Part shown: in pieces, positions 31,594 to 42,052 of the stretch | How positions within the stretch are numbered: position 1 is the stretch's first letter | How the letters are laid out: each line of letters begins with the position of its first letter | IMG/VR virus record: IMGVR_UViG_3300031993_000010 | Span: 64,001 to 128,000 of that record | Direction: 5' to 3' (one strand) | Length of the DNA stretch: 64,000 bases | Source: a virus | Taxonomy: Duplodnaviria > Caudoviricetes | Translations under genes and position numbers: made by a program | The notes under the pieces: model-generated | The model's input: only the letters and a program-made list of their open reading frames with translations | Databases searched by the model: none | What the model was told of the DNA's origin: nothing

Positions 31594-32202
31594 ATGAAGA
31601 CAAAACAGGTATTAAAAATATTAAAAGTAACAAGACCGACATTGACCAAATACGTCAAAAACGGACGTATAAAGGTCAAAGAGATGCCAAACGGTTTCTA
31701 TGAATACAATGACGATGACGTGTTCAAAGCCGCAAATATTTCGCCGTCTCGCAAATGTGTCATTTATGCACGTGTCTCAACACAGAAACAGAAACGGGAT
31801 TTACAAAACCAGATTGACGTGATACGCGAATATGCAAACAAAAACGGTTATACGGTCGAGAGAGTATATTCTGACGTCGCAAGCGGATTAAACTATGACC
31901 GTGGTGAGTTTCAGGAAATGCTCAACGAAATATTGGCGTACAAAATCAAAACAGTCATTGTTTCAAACAAAGACAGGCTAACAAGAGTTTCGTTTGGCAT
32001 GTGGCAACAACTGTTCGGACAATTCTCATGTGATTTGGTCGTTGCAAACAACGATGATGCCGAGAACGAAAACAGCGAGAATGAGATTTTCGAGGATATC
32101 ATTTCGTTGCTTCATTGTTTCGCCATGCGGATGTATTCGGCAAGGAGGAAAAAGAAAATAACACTTATTGAGGAAGACATGAAAAATGAGATTGGTTTAT
32201 AA
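31594..32202 (+). CDS. tnpA: IS607 serine recombinase TnpA
   Basis: N-terminal HTH; YARVSTQKQ, DVASG, KDRLTR. Confidence 0.92.
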   Translation: MKTKQVLKILKVTRPTLTKYVKNGRIKVKEMPNGFYEYNDDDVFKAANISPSRKCVIYARVSTQKQKRDLQNQIDVIREYANKNGYTVERVYSDVASGLNYDRGEFQEMLNEILAYKIKTVIVSNKDRLTRVSFGMWQQLFGQFSCDLVVANNDDAENENSENEIFEDIISLLHCFAMRMYSARRKKKITLIEEDMKNEIGL

Positions 32203-33403
32203 GTTTGACATAAAACACAACGAAAAACTATATGAATTGTGTAAGGTTTCAAAAAACCTTTACAACCAGGCGTTGTATATTGTCAGACACGAACTGAAGG
32301 AAAACAACAAATGGTTGGGGTACGGGCAACTTAACACAATCCTTCAGGACACATTCAATCTCGATGGCGAAATTAACTACAGACTGCTAAAAGCACAAGT
32401 CGCACAACAGTGCTTGAGGGCATTGGACAAGAACATTAAATCTTATGTCAAATCAATCAAGGATTTCTCTAAGAATCCCTCAAAATACAAAGGACGTCCG
32501 AAACTTCCAAAGTATAAGAAAGAAGCAAACCAACTCATATACACCAACCAATGCTCAACAATAAAAGACGGTTACATACATCTCTCAAAAGAACTGAAGA
32601 TACGCATCCCGCAGTACGGGAAGTACGGGAAAGAATTGGTGGATTTCCAACAGATAAGGGTGGCACCAAAGATGGATAAGACATTTACGGTTGAGATTGT
32701 ATACCTATCCGAAAGGAATACCGATACAGACTTGGATTACAAGCAGTACGCTTCCATCGACTTGGGAGTAGACAATCTCGCAACAATGATATTGTACGGT
32801 GAAGAACCGATGCTTTTCAACGGAAGACAACTGAAAGCGAAAAACCAATATTTCAATAAAATAACATCAGAACTAAAAAGTAAGTTAACCAATGGACAAA
32901 AAACGAGCAAAAGAATTAAGCGGCTCTACATAAAGCGTGACAACCAAGTAACCGACATGTTTCACAAACTGTCCAGGAGAATAGTCAATCTGTTAATAGA
33001 ACACAAGGTAGGCAACCTCGTTGTAGGTTACAATAAGGGATGGAAAGACTCCATAAACATCGGTAAACGAAACAACCAGACGTTTGTTGGCATACCATAT
33101 GCAAAACTGATATATTTCCTGAGGTATAAATGTGAGATGTGTGGGATAAACTTGGTGGTTAACGAAGAGAGTTACACGTCCAAGTGCGACGCATTGGCAA
33201 TGGAACCTATTGGGAAACATGAGGAATACAAAGGAAAACGTGTCAAACGCGGGATATTTCAATCCTCGACAGGGAAGTTGGTCAATGCGGATGTCAACGG
33301 GGCGTTGAACATAATGAGAAAAGCAGTCGGTGATTCCGAGTGTGTCACAAGGATAATCGATAGTGGTCGGCTGTTCCGACCGGTAAGAATAAACATTTTA
33401 TAA
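32186..33403 (+). CDS. tnpB: RNA-guided nuclease TnpB
   Basis: SKNLYN, IDLGVDNL, EESYTSK, NADVNGALNI. Confidence 0.92.
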   Translation: MRLVYKFDIKHNEKLYELCKVSKNLYNQALYIVRHELKENNKWLGYGQLNTILQDTFNLDGEINYRLLKAQVAQQCLRALDKNIKSYVKSIKDFSKNPSKYKGRPKLPKYKKEANQLIYTNQCSTIKDGYIHLSKELKIRIPQYGKYGKELVDFQQIRVAPKMDKTFTVEIVYLSERNTDTDLDYKQYASIDLGVDNLATMILYGEEPMLFNGRQLKAKNQYFNKITSELKSKLTNGQKTSKRIKRLYIKRDNQVTDMFHKLSRRIVNLLIEHKVGNLVVGYNKGWKDSINIGKRNNQTFVGIPYAKLIYFLRYKCEMCGINLVVNEESYTSKCDALAMEPIGKHEEYKGKRVKRGIFQSSTGKLVNADVNGALNIMRKAVGDSECVTRIIDSGRLFRPVRINIL

Positions 33404-33452
33404 ATGTTAACTCTTATAAATAAATTTTAAATATTTTAATAAAATTTAGAAC

Positions 33453-34244
33453 ATGAGTAGAAGTGTAGTCAAGACGGTGCTTGTTGTCGGTGACAACCCC
33501 GATACCAAGGCAATGGAGTTCTCAGCCGACAAAAAGGTTGAGAAATATGTAAAGTACAAGTTTGCCGATGCAGGGAAGATGAGAGAGAAACAACTCAAGT
33601 CCCTTGAAGCGATACTTACGTCGGATACAATCAAACTGTCAAACCTGCAGAAACAGGTTTACGAGAACCTGTACCAATCCACATCGGAGGAGGATGATGA
33701 GCAGTTTTTCGACAACATTACCTATGGTATGGAAATCGACGAGGAAACAGGTGACGCCTATTCAACCGTCAACCCGAAAGCCAAGTACCAATATCAGAAA
33801 TGCTATGACAACAGCCTTGTGAAGACGGGGCAGGAATCGGAGTTCAGCAACCCGTTTACCCTGAAAAACGGTTCAAAGCGGTATTCTGCCAAGAAATTTG
33901 ATATAGATTGGAACAAGATGCACATGTCCAATACACGGGTCTATGAAGCCGCATGGGAATTGTGTGTTGAGGGGCGTGACCCCGAGACGGAGTTGGAGGA
34001 AACCATCAAGAAAAACATGGAGAATAGGGTTTCATATTTTGCCAATTTCAAGAATAAGGAGGAATACGTTATCCACAGTTGTGCGTTTTGGTGCTATGGC
34101 ATAGTGATAGACGGTCAGTACCATGAACTCGACTACAGGACATCCGACAAGAAATGGATTTCCGAGTTCTACGAAAGGTTTATAAAGCCTTTGCCTGAAG
34201 ACATTCTCCTGACAATATATGAGGCCAGGAGTCTTAACGATTGA
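33453..34244 (+). CDS. hypothetical protein
   Basis: 263 aa ORF; YSTVNPKAK. Confidence 0.7.
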   Translation: MSRSVVKTVLVVGDNPDTKAMEFSADKKVEKYVKYKFADAGKMREKQLKSLEAILTSDTIKLSNLQKQVYENLYQSTSEEDDEQFFDNITYGMEIDEETGDAYSTVNPKAKYQYQKCYDNSLVKTGQESEFSNPFTLKNGSKRYSAKKFDIDWNKMHMSNTRVYEAAWELCVEGRDPETELEETIKKNMENRVSYFANFKNKEEYVIHSCAFWCYGIVIDGQYHELDYRTSDKKWISEFYERFIKPLPEDILLTIYEARSLND

Positions 34245-34271
34245 AAAATAAGATAAAAAACGTTATAAACA

Positions 34272-35228
34272 ATGTACACTACCAAAGATGTTGCAGTATA
34301 TCAAGACATAATCAGACTATCAAACAAAAACATAACGTTTAAGGAAGTATGGCACGGGTATTTTGCCCCGAAGAAGTACATAAGCGATGACAACTACCTT
34401 TGTGAAAAATACAAGGTGTCCAAGAAATTCGAGGAAATGGACAATTTCCGACAAGTCTTGGATTATTTCGTAAAACGGTACACTGAGGATGTTGACCAAA
34501 CCTATGACTATGATAATGTGAGAAGGGGTGGTTTGCCGTTTTCGGAGATTAAGAAATACCAACTGTGTGGACGCAGTGATGAACAACTGACGCTCATGGC
34601 ACAGCGAATGGGTGAGGAATGTGCCGCAAGGGGTATTTTGTTGGAGTCAGGTGCGGAAAAAGATATTGAAAAGATGAAAGACCTTATCATTGGTCATGCC
34701 TGTTATGAGACACTTATAGGCTTCTATGTTGAGTATGAGGTAAGGAGATATCTGTTACACAAGGGGAAGAACCTTACCGTGCCTGTGGAGGAAACTGAAG
34801 TGGCAACCGTCATGGACTCCATGGGGGCGGACATCCTGATTTCGGATGAGGAGAACAAGATAAAGGCGATATTGCAGATAAAGCCAATCACCTTCATAAA
34901 TGGGCGTGAGAGCGCCGACCTTATAAGCGACAGGTCCAAATGCTACACACAGAACGACCCTTATTTCAGGGAATATGCACAACAGCATCCCGAAAAATTC
35001 TCAAAGGGAAAAGTCCCTGAGTGGTATTATTTGTTCTATAACAAAAGGATTGTGGATAACGGTGACTTCAGGTTCAACGACGAATGTTTTGCGCGTTTCG
35101 GATATAAGATTAGTGGAAATACCCATCCGTTTTTTATGCAGAAGGAACAACTTTGGGACAGAAACGGGCATATGCTGTATGATGCCGAGACATTGAAAGA
35201 CAATATTACATATTTTATACTTTTTTAA
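34272..35228 (+). CDS. hypothetical protein, possible PD-(D/E)xK nuclease
   Basis: E..V...D..GADILI...LQIKP pattern. Confidence 0.45.
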   Translation: MYTTKDVAVYQDIIRLSNKNITFKEVWHGYFAPKKYISDDNYLCEKYKVSKKFEEMDNFRQVLDYFVKRYTEDVDQTYDYDNVRRGGLPFSEIKKYQLCGRSDEQLTLMAQRMGEECAARGILLESGAEKDIEKMKDLIIGHACYETLIGFYVEYEVRRYLLHKGKNLTVPVEETEVATVMDSMGADILISDEENKIKAILQIKPITFINGRESADLISDRSKCYTQNDPYFREYAQQHPEKFSKGKVPEWYYLFYNKRIVDNGDFRFNDECFARFGYKISGNTHPFFMQKEQLWDRNGHMLYDAETLKDNITYFILF

Positions 35229-35230
35229 CA

Positions 35231-35279
35231 AAAAAGATTTGTTCCGTATGGAAAAATGTTAGTATTTTTGCAAGTGTAA
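35231..35279 (+). promoter_or_regulatory. class A promoter (variant)
   Basis: AAAAAGATTTG ... TATTTTTG CAAGTGTAA. Confidence 0.6.
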
Positions 35280-35292
35280 ACAAACATTGTCT

Positions 35293-36471
35293 ATGAAAAT
35301 TACTGACATTATAAGTGATAACTTTACCCCCAAGTGGGATGTAATAGAAAGCATCGACGAGTTCAAAAGACTGTCGGAGACTCCACAATCGTTAAAATTT
35401 CATAAGGAGGGAAATGTGTATGAGCATACAAAATTAGTGTGTTCAAGAATGGCCGACATAATAAACGGCAAAGTTTCCTTTATAAGAAACGAGGAACCGT
35501 CCAATGAACAGAAAACAGCGTTGATGGCTGCTGCGGTGTGTCACGACCTTGGCAAGGCAACCTCAACCAAGTGGAACGAGGAACTGCAGGAGTGGAAAAC
35601 CAAGAACCACGGCGCCGAGGGGGAACGGATAACCCGTCTCCTTTTCTTCGACGAGCCGAACATCCAACTGAGGGAGAAGGTATGCTATATGGTACGACGC
35701 CATATGACACTCCATCATATATTTGATGTGGAGGAGAAAATCAACAGCCGCATGATGTCACTGATGGGCGAACAGGCTTCAGTATACGAGATGGTCTGTC
35801 TGAACTATGCGGACTCGTTGGGTTCGATAAACGACCAGAACACACCTGAGGAAGTGATGTCCAGACTCAACAGGGTTTTGGCACTCGAGTTCTCCATAAA
35901 CAAAACCCATGAAGACTTGTATGAAAGCCATTACGGTTTCAGACGCACCCTGACCGACAACTCACCGAACGTCTATGTCATGATGGGTGTTGCGGGTAGC
36001 GGCAAGTCAACATACGCACAGCGTTTCCTTCCGAATGCAATGCAACTTTCCCGTGACGTTATCCGTGAGGAACTTGGATATGCAAAGGAGGGTGAGAAGG
36101 TGAAGTGCACCAAGGAACAGGAAAGCAATGTGACAGAGGTTTTCAACAAGAAGGCTCTTAATGCCTTGGCAAAGGGACAGAACATCATTATAGACAACAT
36201 GAACCTTACCAAACGCTACAGGGACATGTTCCACCGTGAGTATGGCAGTTTCAACCCGAGATACACATACATCTATGTGGAGGCCCCCACAATCAACACC
36301 AACATAACAAGACGTGACGGGCAAATCCCTGAAAAGGAGATAGAGAGAATGGTGAACTCCATAGATTTCCCTGAAGGTCATGAGTATGACAGCCTTCGTC
36401 TTGTCAAGCAGACAGAATTGGGTGGGGAGATTGTTGCAACACCGTTTGATGTGAAAAATGTGAATATATAA
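35293..36471 (+). CDS. HD phosphohydrolase fused to polynucleotide-kinase-like P-loop domain
   Basis: HKEGNVYEHT, CHDLGK; GVAGSGKST, SRDVIR, IIDNMN. Confidence 0.85.
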   Translation: MKITDIISDNFTPKWDVIESIDEFKRLSETPQSLKFHKEGNVYEHTKLVCSRMADIINGKVSFIRNEEPSNEQKTALMAAAVCHDLGKATSTKWNEELQEWKTKNHGAEGERITRLLFFDEPNIQLREKVCYMVRRHMTLHHIFDVEEKINSRMMSLMGEQASVYEMVCLNYADSLGSINDQNTPEEVMSRLNRVLALEFSINKTHEDLYESHYGFRRTLTDNSPNVYVMMGVAGSGKSTYAQRFLPNAMQLSRDVIREELGYAKEGEKVKCTKEQESNVTEVFNKKALNALAKGQNIIIDNMNLTKRYRDMFHREYGSFNPRYTYIYVEAPTINTNITRRDGQIPEKEIERMVNSIDFPEGHEYDSLRLVKQTELGGEIVATPFDVKNVNI

Positions 36472-36508
36472 ATAAAACGGTTCAAACTGTAAATTAAAAC
36501 ACTGAACT

Positions 36509-36706
36509 ATGGAGATTTTTAAACCCAGCCACGATACGGTTGTGACGGTTGAATGGAAAGGACAAACAATCGCAGTATGCGATACCAATGATACAGCGGA
36601 TACCTTTATTGAGTGGTATTCACAAAATTGTGTTGTGCCTGAAAGTGAAGACAATAAGAAAGATTTTAGCAAAACCAAAAGGTTTATATTAACGTTAAAA
36701 AAATGA
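36509..36706 (+). CDS. hypothetical protein
   Basis: ORF in operon. Confidence 0.55.
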   Translation: MEIFKPSHDTVVTVEWKGQTIAVCDTNDTADTFIEWYSQNCVVPESEDNKKDFSKTKRFILTLKK

Positions 36707-36710
36707 CATT

Positions 36711-37067
36711 ATGCAAGTAAATGAGCTAATGATAGGCAATTGGGTGCGTCTTGTTAAAGCATACGGCAACCAATGCGATTTGCAAATCAGTGTAGATGCG
36801 TTGGATATATATCGTATTTCACAAGGCGATTATGAAGTGGAACCGGTGGCACTTACACCCGAAATACTGTGCAATAACGGGTTTGTGGAGGAAATGGATA
36901 AAGACAAAATCCACCATAGATATTCCCTGACGGAAGGTAGTACATATTTTTCCGTGAAATATGCAAGAAGTGTTTTTCAATGGTTAGGTCCGTTAGATAT
37001 AGAATATGTACACGAGTTACAAAATGTACTTAAAATCTGTGGCATCAATACTGGTATTATATTATGA
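36711..37067 (+). CDS. conserved phage hypothetical protein
   Basis: ELMIGNWV, LTPEIL..NGF, YVHELQN. Confidence 0.7.
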   Translation: MQVNELMIGNWVRLVKAYGNQCDLQISVDALDIYRISQGDYEVEPVALTPEILCNNGFVEEMDKDKIHHRYSLTEGSTYFSVKYARSVFQWLGPLDIEYVHELQNVLKICGINTGIIL

Positions 37068-37099
37068 CCATTTTTTTATCATTAAAATAAAAACATACT

Positions 37100-37321
37100 A
37101 TGAGTGTATTAGATGAGACTAATGATGAATCTTTTTTGCAGGAAAAAAGAACATTTATAAAACAATGTGCTATTGAGGCGATGCAAGGAGTTCAGGAAAG
37201 CGGAAAATTTGGTATTGCTCTTGAAGTTATACCCGCAGAATTAGCTAAAATATCATTTGATATAGCGGAAAGTATGTGGGACGAATATGAGAAAAGATAT
37301 AAAATCCCTTCATCTGTATAG
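37100..37321 (+). CDS. hypothetical protein
   Basis: AIEAMQG motif. Confidence 0.6.
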   Translation: MSVLDETNDESFLQEKRTFIKQCAIEAMQGVQESGKFGIALEVIPAELAKISFDIAESMWDEYEKRYKIPSSV

Positions 37322-37379
37322 TTTGTGGTATGAATAAAGTATTTGATTATAAAATAATAAGATAAAACAACATTAAAAC

Positions 37380-37895
37380 ATGACTAAACTTTTTGAAATT
37401 GAAGGACCTGTGGATGACTTGCTTAACGTGTCACCCGACGGCACAATGAAATGTGCAAACCTTGTCTATCTTGGACAGGACAAGATGGATGCCGAAAGCG
37501 AGATTTTCCATTTCGCAATCACATCAACCGCCATGAACGCAAAGCATGAGATTTTCGACAAGATGCTCGGCAAGAGAATAAAGGTAACGGTAGAAATGAC
37601 GGAGGACGAAACCACGGAAAAAGATAATGACAAGGGTGATGAAAAACAGTATAAAGAGAATATTAATAACATATTTTCAAAGTACACTGTCAATGGAGTC
37701 TTAACACCAACTTTGGATATGTGCAAAGAACTTGCCGACAACGATATTCAATATCATCCCGAGAAATTAGGTGTTGATGCATCGTTAATTTCTACCATGA
37801 ATAGTGATATGGCTGTATATAATAGAATAAGAGATGCATACGCTACGGGATTGGCAAAAGGTATGTTGTCAGTAACAAAAAAGAAGGAGGACTAA
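37380..37895 (+). CDS. hypothetical protein
   Basis: ORF in operon. Confidence 0.65.
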   Translation: MTKLFEIEGPVDDLLNVSPDGTMKCANLVYLGQDKMDAESEIFHFAITSTAMNAKHEIFDKMLGKRIKVTVEMTEDETTEKDNDKGDEKQYKENINNIFSKYTVNGVLTPTLDMCKELADNDIQYHPEKLGVDASLISTMNSDMAVYNRIRDAYATGLAKGMLSVTKKKED

Positions 37896-37898
37896 CCC

Positions 37899-37970
37899 AT
37901 GATTAAATTCTTAATCGGCATTGTAGTCGGTGTTATCGGCTACAAGGCATACAAAAAGTACGCAAAATGA
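37899..37970 (+). CDS. small membrane peptide (MIKFLIGIVVGVIGYKAYKKYAK)
   Basis: Fills the gap exactly, with ATGA overlap to the next gene. Confidence 0.55.
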   Translation: MIKFLIGIVVGVIGYKAYKKYAK

Positions 37971-38815
37971 CCAAGAAAGAAAAGGTTAACCGCATTATCC
38001 TCGACGACATACAAGACTGTTATATCGTCGGGGATATTCACGGTGAATACGGTTCACTCCTGTATTCGATAAAGTGGGCTGAACTGCAGGACTGCCTGAT
38101 TATCTGTGCAGGTGACTGCGGTATGGGGTTTACAACCGTCGAAGGGGCAAAAAATGAACTCTCCAAACTCAGAAAATACTGCAACAATAACAATATCCAC
38201 GTTTTCTTTGTGAGGGGTAACCACGACAACCCTGAATGGTTTGAGAAGAAGGTTATCAACTTCCCCAACGTCAAGTGCATACCCGACTATACCGTTGTCA
38301 CGTACAACAATAACGGCACCCTTACCAATATATTATGTATAGGTGGTGCCACAAGCATTGACAGGAACGGTCGCCTAAAACAGATGCTCGAATCCAAGAC
38401 AAGGTTTCTCAAATACCATCCGACCGCAACATACGAGGAGGCTGACGACAATATACGTCACTTGTATTGGGATGGCGAACAACCTGTCTTTGACCCCGAC
38501 AAACTCAACGCAATCAAGGAAGCGGGGTTGGAAATAAACATGATGTGCACACACACCTGTCCGAGTTTCTGCACCCCGACACATAAGAACGGTATCGAGG
38601 GATGGCTCTTGGCTGATAAGACACTGTCAGGTGACTTGGATAGGGAAAGGGAGACAATCGACCAAATACGCAACAAACTGTTGGAGGACGGTCATCCTAT
38701 AGAAAAATGGATATACGGTCACTACCACTTCCACAACAGTGAGGTGATTGATGGCACAATGTATGTGCTTCTCGACATGGCACGTGGCGCCAAGTGCGAC
38801 ATGTATCGGATTTAA
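37967..38815 (+). CDS. calcineurin-like metallophosphoesterase
   Basis: GDIHG, GDCG, RGNHD, GGATSID, THTCP, GHYH. Confidence 0.88.
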   Translation: MTKKEKVNRIILDDIQDCYIVGDIHGEYGSLLYSIKWAELQDCLIICAGDCGMGFTTVEGAKNELSKLRKYCNNNNIHVFFVRGNHDNPEWFEKKVINFPNVKCIPDYTVVTYNNNGTLTNILCIGGATSIDRNGRLKQMLESKTRFLKYHPTATYEEADDNIRHLYWDGEQPVFDPDKLNAIKEAGLEINMMCTHTCPSFCTPTHKNGIEGWLLADKTLSGDLDRERETIDQIRNKLLEDGHPIEKWIYGHYHFHNSEVIDGTMYVLLDMARGAKCDMYRI

Positions 38816-38825
38816 CACATATTAA

Positions 38826-38875
38826 GAAAAAAGATTTGGCCAATTCCAAATCTCTTCATATCTTTGCAAACGTAA
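38826..38875 (+). promoter_or_regulatory. class A promoter
   Basis: AAAAAAGATTTGG ... TATCTTTG CAAACGTAA. Confidence 0.7.
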
Positions 38876-38895
38876 ACAAATAAAAAAAAATAAAT

Positions 38896-39159
38896 ATGAA
38901 AAGAATACTTTTTACAGTTGCAACAACCATTCTTTTGATAGGTTGCACACCGAACCTCACACAGTCACAGGATGGAACATCATCAGCACCCATACAGGTG
39001 AACGATAAAATCGGAGACGCCCCGCATTTTTTCTCGGGTATAACAAAATTCTCATATAACGGGCATGACTATATAGCATTTACATTATCTTCATCCAAAG
39101 AAGCTAACCATTGTATAGTCCACGACCCTGACTGTAAACGTTGTAAAAACAATAAATAA
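38896..39159 (+). CDS. small lipoprotein
   Basis: Signal peptide with LIGC lipobox; VHDPDC. Confidence 0.65.
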   Translation: MKRILFTVATTILLIGCTPNLTQSQDGTSSAPIQVNDKIGDAPHFFSGITKFSYNGHDYIAFTLSSSKEANHCIVHDPDCKRCKNNK

Positions 39160-39167
39160 ATTAGACT

Positions 39168-40751
39168 ATGGAAAAGAAAAAGACATTTTTGACCGCAAGT
39201 GCGGACATGAAAGAGGAATATTGCGCCAAGGTGGTGCGTATAGGCAAGATGAACCCCATCGAGGGCGCAGACCGTCTTGTGCAGACATTGCTTGACGGTT
39301 TCAGCATCGTTGTCGGCAAGGGGCAGTTTACCGAGGGTGAGCCTGTAATCTACTGTCTTAACGAGACTCAGATTAACAAGGACTTCCTTTCCGCAAATAA
39401 TCAGTTTGAGTTCGGTGAACGCCATCTTAACGCCAATGCCGAGATGGTCAACAACCTCATCAACGAGGGCAACGTGGAGGAAGCGAAACGCAACGTGGGC
39501 TTCTTCAACAAGCACGGCCGTGTGAAACTTATCAGACTGAAGGGCTGCCCTTCATACGGATGTGTGTTCAAGAAGGAAAGCCTTGAGAAATGGATTCCGA
39601 GACTGAAGGACATCAACCTTGAGGAATACCTGAAAGTCGACGAGAACGGCTACGAGCACCCCTTCAATTTCGATACCGTTGACGGCAAGCTGTTCGCCGA
39701 GGCTTACGTTCCGCCCATGCCACAAGAGAATCACCGCAGTGGTGACAGGCTGTATCGCAAGAGAATGAAAAGGATAGAGCGTTTCGATAGAATGGTTCCA
39801 GGACAATTTTGTCTACATTACGACACAAACCAATTACAGAGCAACATTTGGAGAATCAATCCGAACGATGTTGTAACCGTCACTGTTAAGGAACACGGCA
39901 CCTCGGGCATTTTTGGAAACGTTCTGACACGCATACCTGTCAAACTCTCAATGTTTGCCCGATACAACAACAAGTGTATCAACCGTTCCATCAAGATGAT
40001 AAAAAGACAGGAAAAGCGTTTCTATTGGCAGCGTGAGGCGGTCAATCGCAAGGTGGCAAGCCTTAAGAAGGGGTTGGTTGATGAGTTCAAGGTGGACTAC
40101 GGCAACATCTACTCAAGCCGTGGTGTCATCAAGAACCAATACATCAACAAGAATGTCACACCTGGGTTCTACGGCACCGACATATGGGGTGAGATAAACG
40201 ACATCATCAAACCGCACCTCCTGAAGGGAATGACCGTGTACGGCGAAATCTGCGGATACCTCACCAATTCCGACAAGATGGTTCAGAAGAACTATGATTA
40301 CGGATGTAAGCGTGGTGAAAATTTCCTTATGCCTTACCGTGTAACCTTTACCGACGAGAACGGCGACAAGACCGAGTGGGATGTCAGCGAGGTCTACGGT
40401 TGGACTGTCAACCTTATCAAGGAGCATCCCGAACTTGAGGGAAAGGTCAAACCGATTAACATTCTCTATCACGGAACACTCAGCAACTTGTATCCCGACA
40501 TTGACATCAGGGAACATTGGCATGAGAATGTGCTTGAACTCATGAAAGGCGACAAGGAACACTTCGGAATGGAGGAAAATGAACCCCTCTGCAACACAAA
40601 GGTTCCAAGAGAGGGCATCGTCATAAGAATTGACGGTGACAAGAAAGCCGAAGCATTCAAGTTAAAGTGTAGCAAGTTCATGGAGAAGGAGTCAAGACAG
40701 GTGGATGCAGGTGAAGTTGACATAGAAATGGCAGATGCTTACGGAAAGTAG
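39168..40751 (+). CDS. ATP-dependent RNA ligase (DRB0094-like)
   Basis: PIEGADRL N-terminus; KEHGTS (motif I), YGEICG, REGIVIR, FKLK. Confidence 0.8.
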   Translation: MEKKKTFLTASADMKEEYCAKVVRIGKMNPIEGADRLVQTLLDGFSIVVGKGQFTEGEPVIYCLNETQINKDFLSANNQFEFGERHLNANAEMVNNLINEGNVEEAKRNVGFFNKHGRVKLIRLKGCPSYGCVFKKESLEKWIPRLKDINLEEYLKVDENGYEHPFNFDTVDGKLFAEAYVPPMPQENHRSGDRLYRKRMKRIERFDRMVPGQFCLHYDTNQLQSNIWRINPNDVVTVTVKEHGTSGIFGNVLTRIPVKLSMFARYNNKCINRSIKMIKRQEKRFYWQREAVNRKVASLKKGLVDEFKVDYGNIYSSRGVIKNQYINKNVTPGFYGTDIWGEINDIIKPHLLKGMTVYGEICGYLTNSDKMVQKNYDYGCKRGENFLMPYRVTFTDENGDKTEWDVSEVYGWTVNLIKEHPELEGKVKPINILYHGTLSNLYPDIDIREHWHENVLELMKGDKEHFGMEENEPLCNTKVPREGIVIRIDGDKKAEAFKLKCSKFMEKESRQVDAGEVDIEMADAYGK

Positions 40752-40772
40752 TTGACCTTAAATGAAATGTTC

Positions 40773-41384
40773 ATGAAAAAGATAATGTTCAACGACAAAT
40801 ATGGATTGACCGATGCGGTGTTGAAAGGTGAAAAGACCATGACACGCCGCATCGTCCCAATCGACCTGTACAATCGCACGGATTGGAAGGCTGTGGAGGA
40901 CGGGAGGTATTATGCCGTCGAGAACGACGGAGACTATCTTGACATCCGTTGCTGTGGCAATTATAGAATCGGAGAGGTTGTGGCAGTAGCACAGTCGTAT
41001 CAGACCATAGAAAAGGAAATACGTTCATTGGGTCTTCCTTTGGACTTGAAAGAGGGTATAGCAAAACACAAGGGGTATACCAACAAGATGTTCGTGAAGG
41101 CAAGTGACATGCCGCACCAAATACGGATAACCGACGTCAGTGTTGAACGGTTGCAGGACATCAGTGATGAGGACTGTCTGAAAGAGGGAATTGTGGTTGA
41201 TGCACACCGTCAGGTATTGTCCGATGACATATATATGTTTGAGGTTAACGGAAAGCACTATATCCAATGGCACTTTTACAACCCCCGTGAGGCGTTTGCA
41301 GCACTCATAGACAAGGTAGGGAAGAAGGGAACGTGGGACAGCAACCCTTGGGTATTCGCATATTCATTTGAATTGGTGTCATGA
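40773..41384 (+). CDS. ASCH/PUA-like phage protein
   Basis: VLKGEKTMTRR, VERLQDISDEDCLKEG, WDSNPWV. Confidence 0.7.
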   Translation: MKKIMFNDKYGLTDAVLKGEKTMTRRIVPIDLYNRTDWKAVEDGRYYAVENDGDYLDIRCCGNYRIGEVVAVAQSYQTIEKEIRSLGLPLDLKEGIAKHKGYTNKMFVKASDMPHQIRITDVSVERLQDISDEDCLKEGIVVDAHRQVLSDDIYMFEVNGKHYIQWHFYNPREAFAALIDKVGKKGTWDSNPWVFAYSFELVS

Positions 41385-42052
41385 ATTTGGATGGAATCGA
41401 CCTGTCGGCAGTTATAATGCAATTCATAGGGCAAGAACGTAAAGTTAGAGGGGTTGATTTTGCCGAGTGGTGCGGTAAAAAAGTTTTGGCGGTGCATACA
41501 ACAGACATCAACAATGCAAACTTTACTTGCACCACGTATTTTGACGAGTTCGCACTCAGAAATAAATTCCCAATTACAAGAAATCCTTATAACACATTTA
41601 AAAGTATAATGGACAAAGATGAAACATACGTCATAATGGAGGACAACGGGGAATGCAGGCTAACCGACCCCGATGCGGTTCTGCCCGAATGTATTGAGAT
41701 TATGAAGAAATTCCTTTACGAATACGGATTTCCCATACCTGAAGAACACCTGTGCGAACTGGCCAAGGCATCTTTATTTGTTTGTTGGTACGAGGAGAAA
41801 ACTTCCCCGAAACCGTATTGGTATGAGATTAAGATAGCAGAATTCATATTCCGAAGCTTAATCGAGGTTTATTGGCACCATTGCCCTGTCTTGGAAAATC
41901 CCCTGAAACTGTGGAACTACACAGTTGAATGGTTGGACAAACACCAACATGAATATGAAGCGTCTTTCAAGAATTGGGGCAATGCAATTACCGCCACCGA
42001 AGAGATGAGGTCAGAATATATAAATGATATTATCAATATAATAGAATCATGA
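41381..42052 (+). CDS. hypothetical protein
   Basis: ORF in operon. Confidence 0.65.
   Translation: MNLDGIDLSAVIMQFIGQERKVRGVDFAEWCGKKVLAVHTTDINNANFTCTTYFDEFALRNKFPITRNPYNTFKSIMDKDETYVIMEDNGECRLTDPDAVLPECIEIMKKFLYEYGFPIPEEHLCELAKASLFVCWYEEKTSPKPYWYEIKIAEFIFRSLIEVYWHHCPVLENPLKLWNYTVEWLDKHQHEYEASFKNWGNAITATEEMRSEYINDIINIIES

Larger units (their letters stand above)
31530..33452 (+). mobile_element. IS607-family element (tnpA + tnpB)
   Basis: Serine-recombinase ORF overlapping TnpB; AT-rich ends; boundaries approximate. Confidence 0.85.

Noticed and set aside
39168-41384. TAG stop-codon reassignment (code 15, as in Lak phages); the ligase TAG is followed by an in-frame ORF
   Set aside because: Conserved genes such as dnaK, dnaJ and cca are intact under code 11, many genes end at TAG at natural boundaries, and no CTA-anticodon suppressor tRNA was seen. 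The TAG-anticodon tRNA at 56831 reads Leu CUA.
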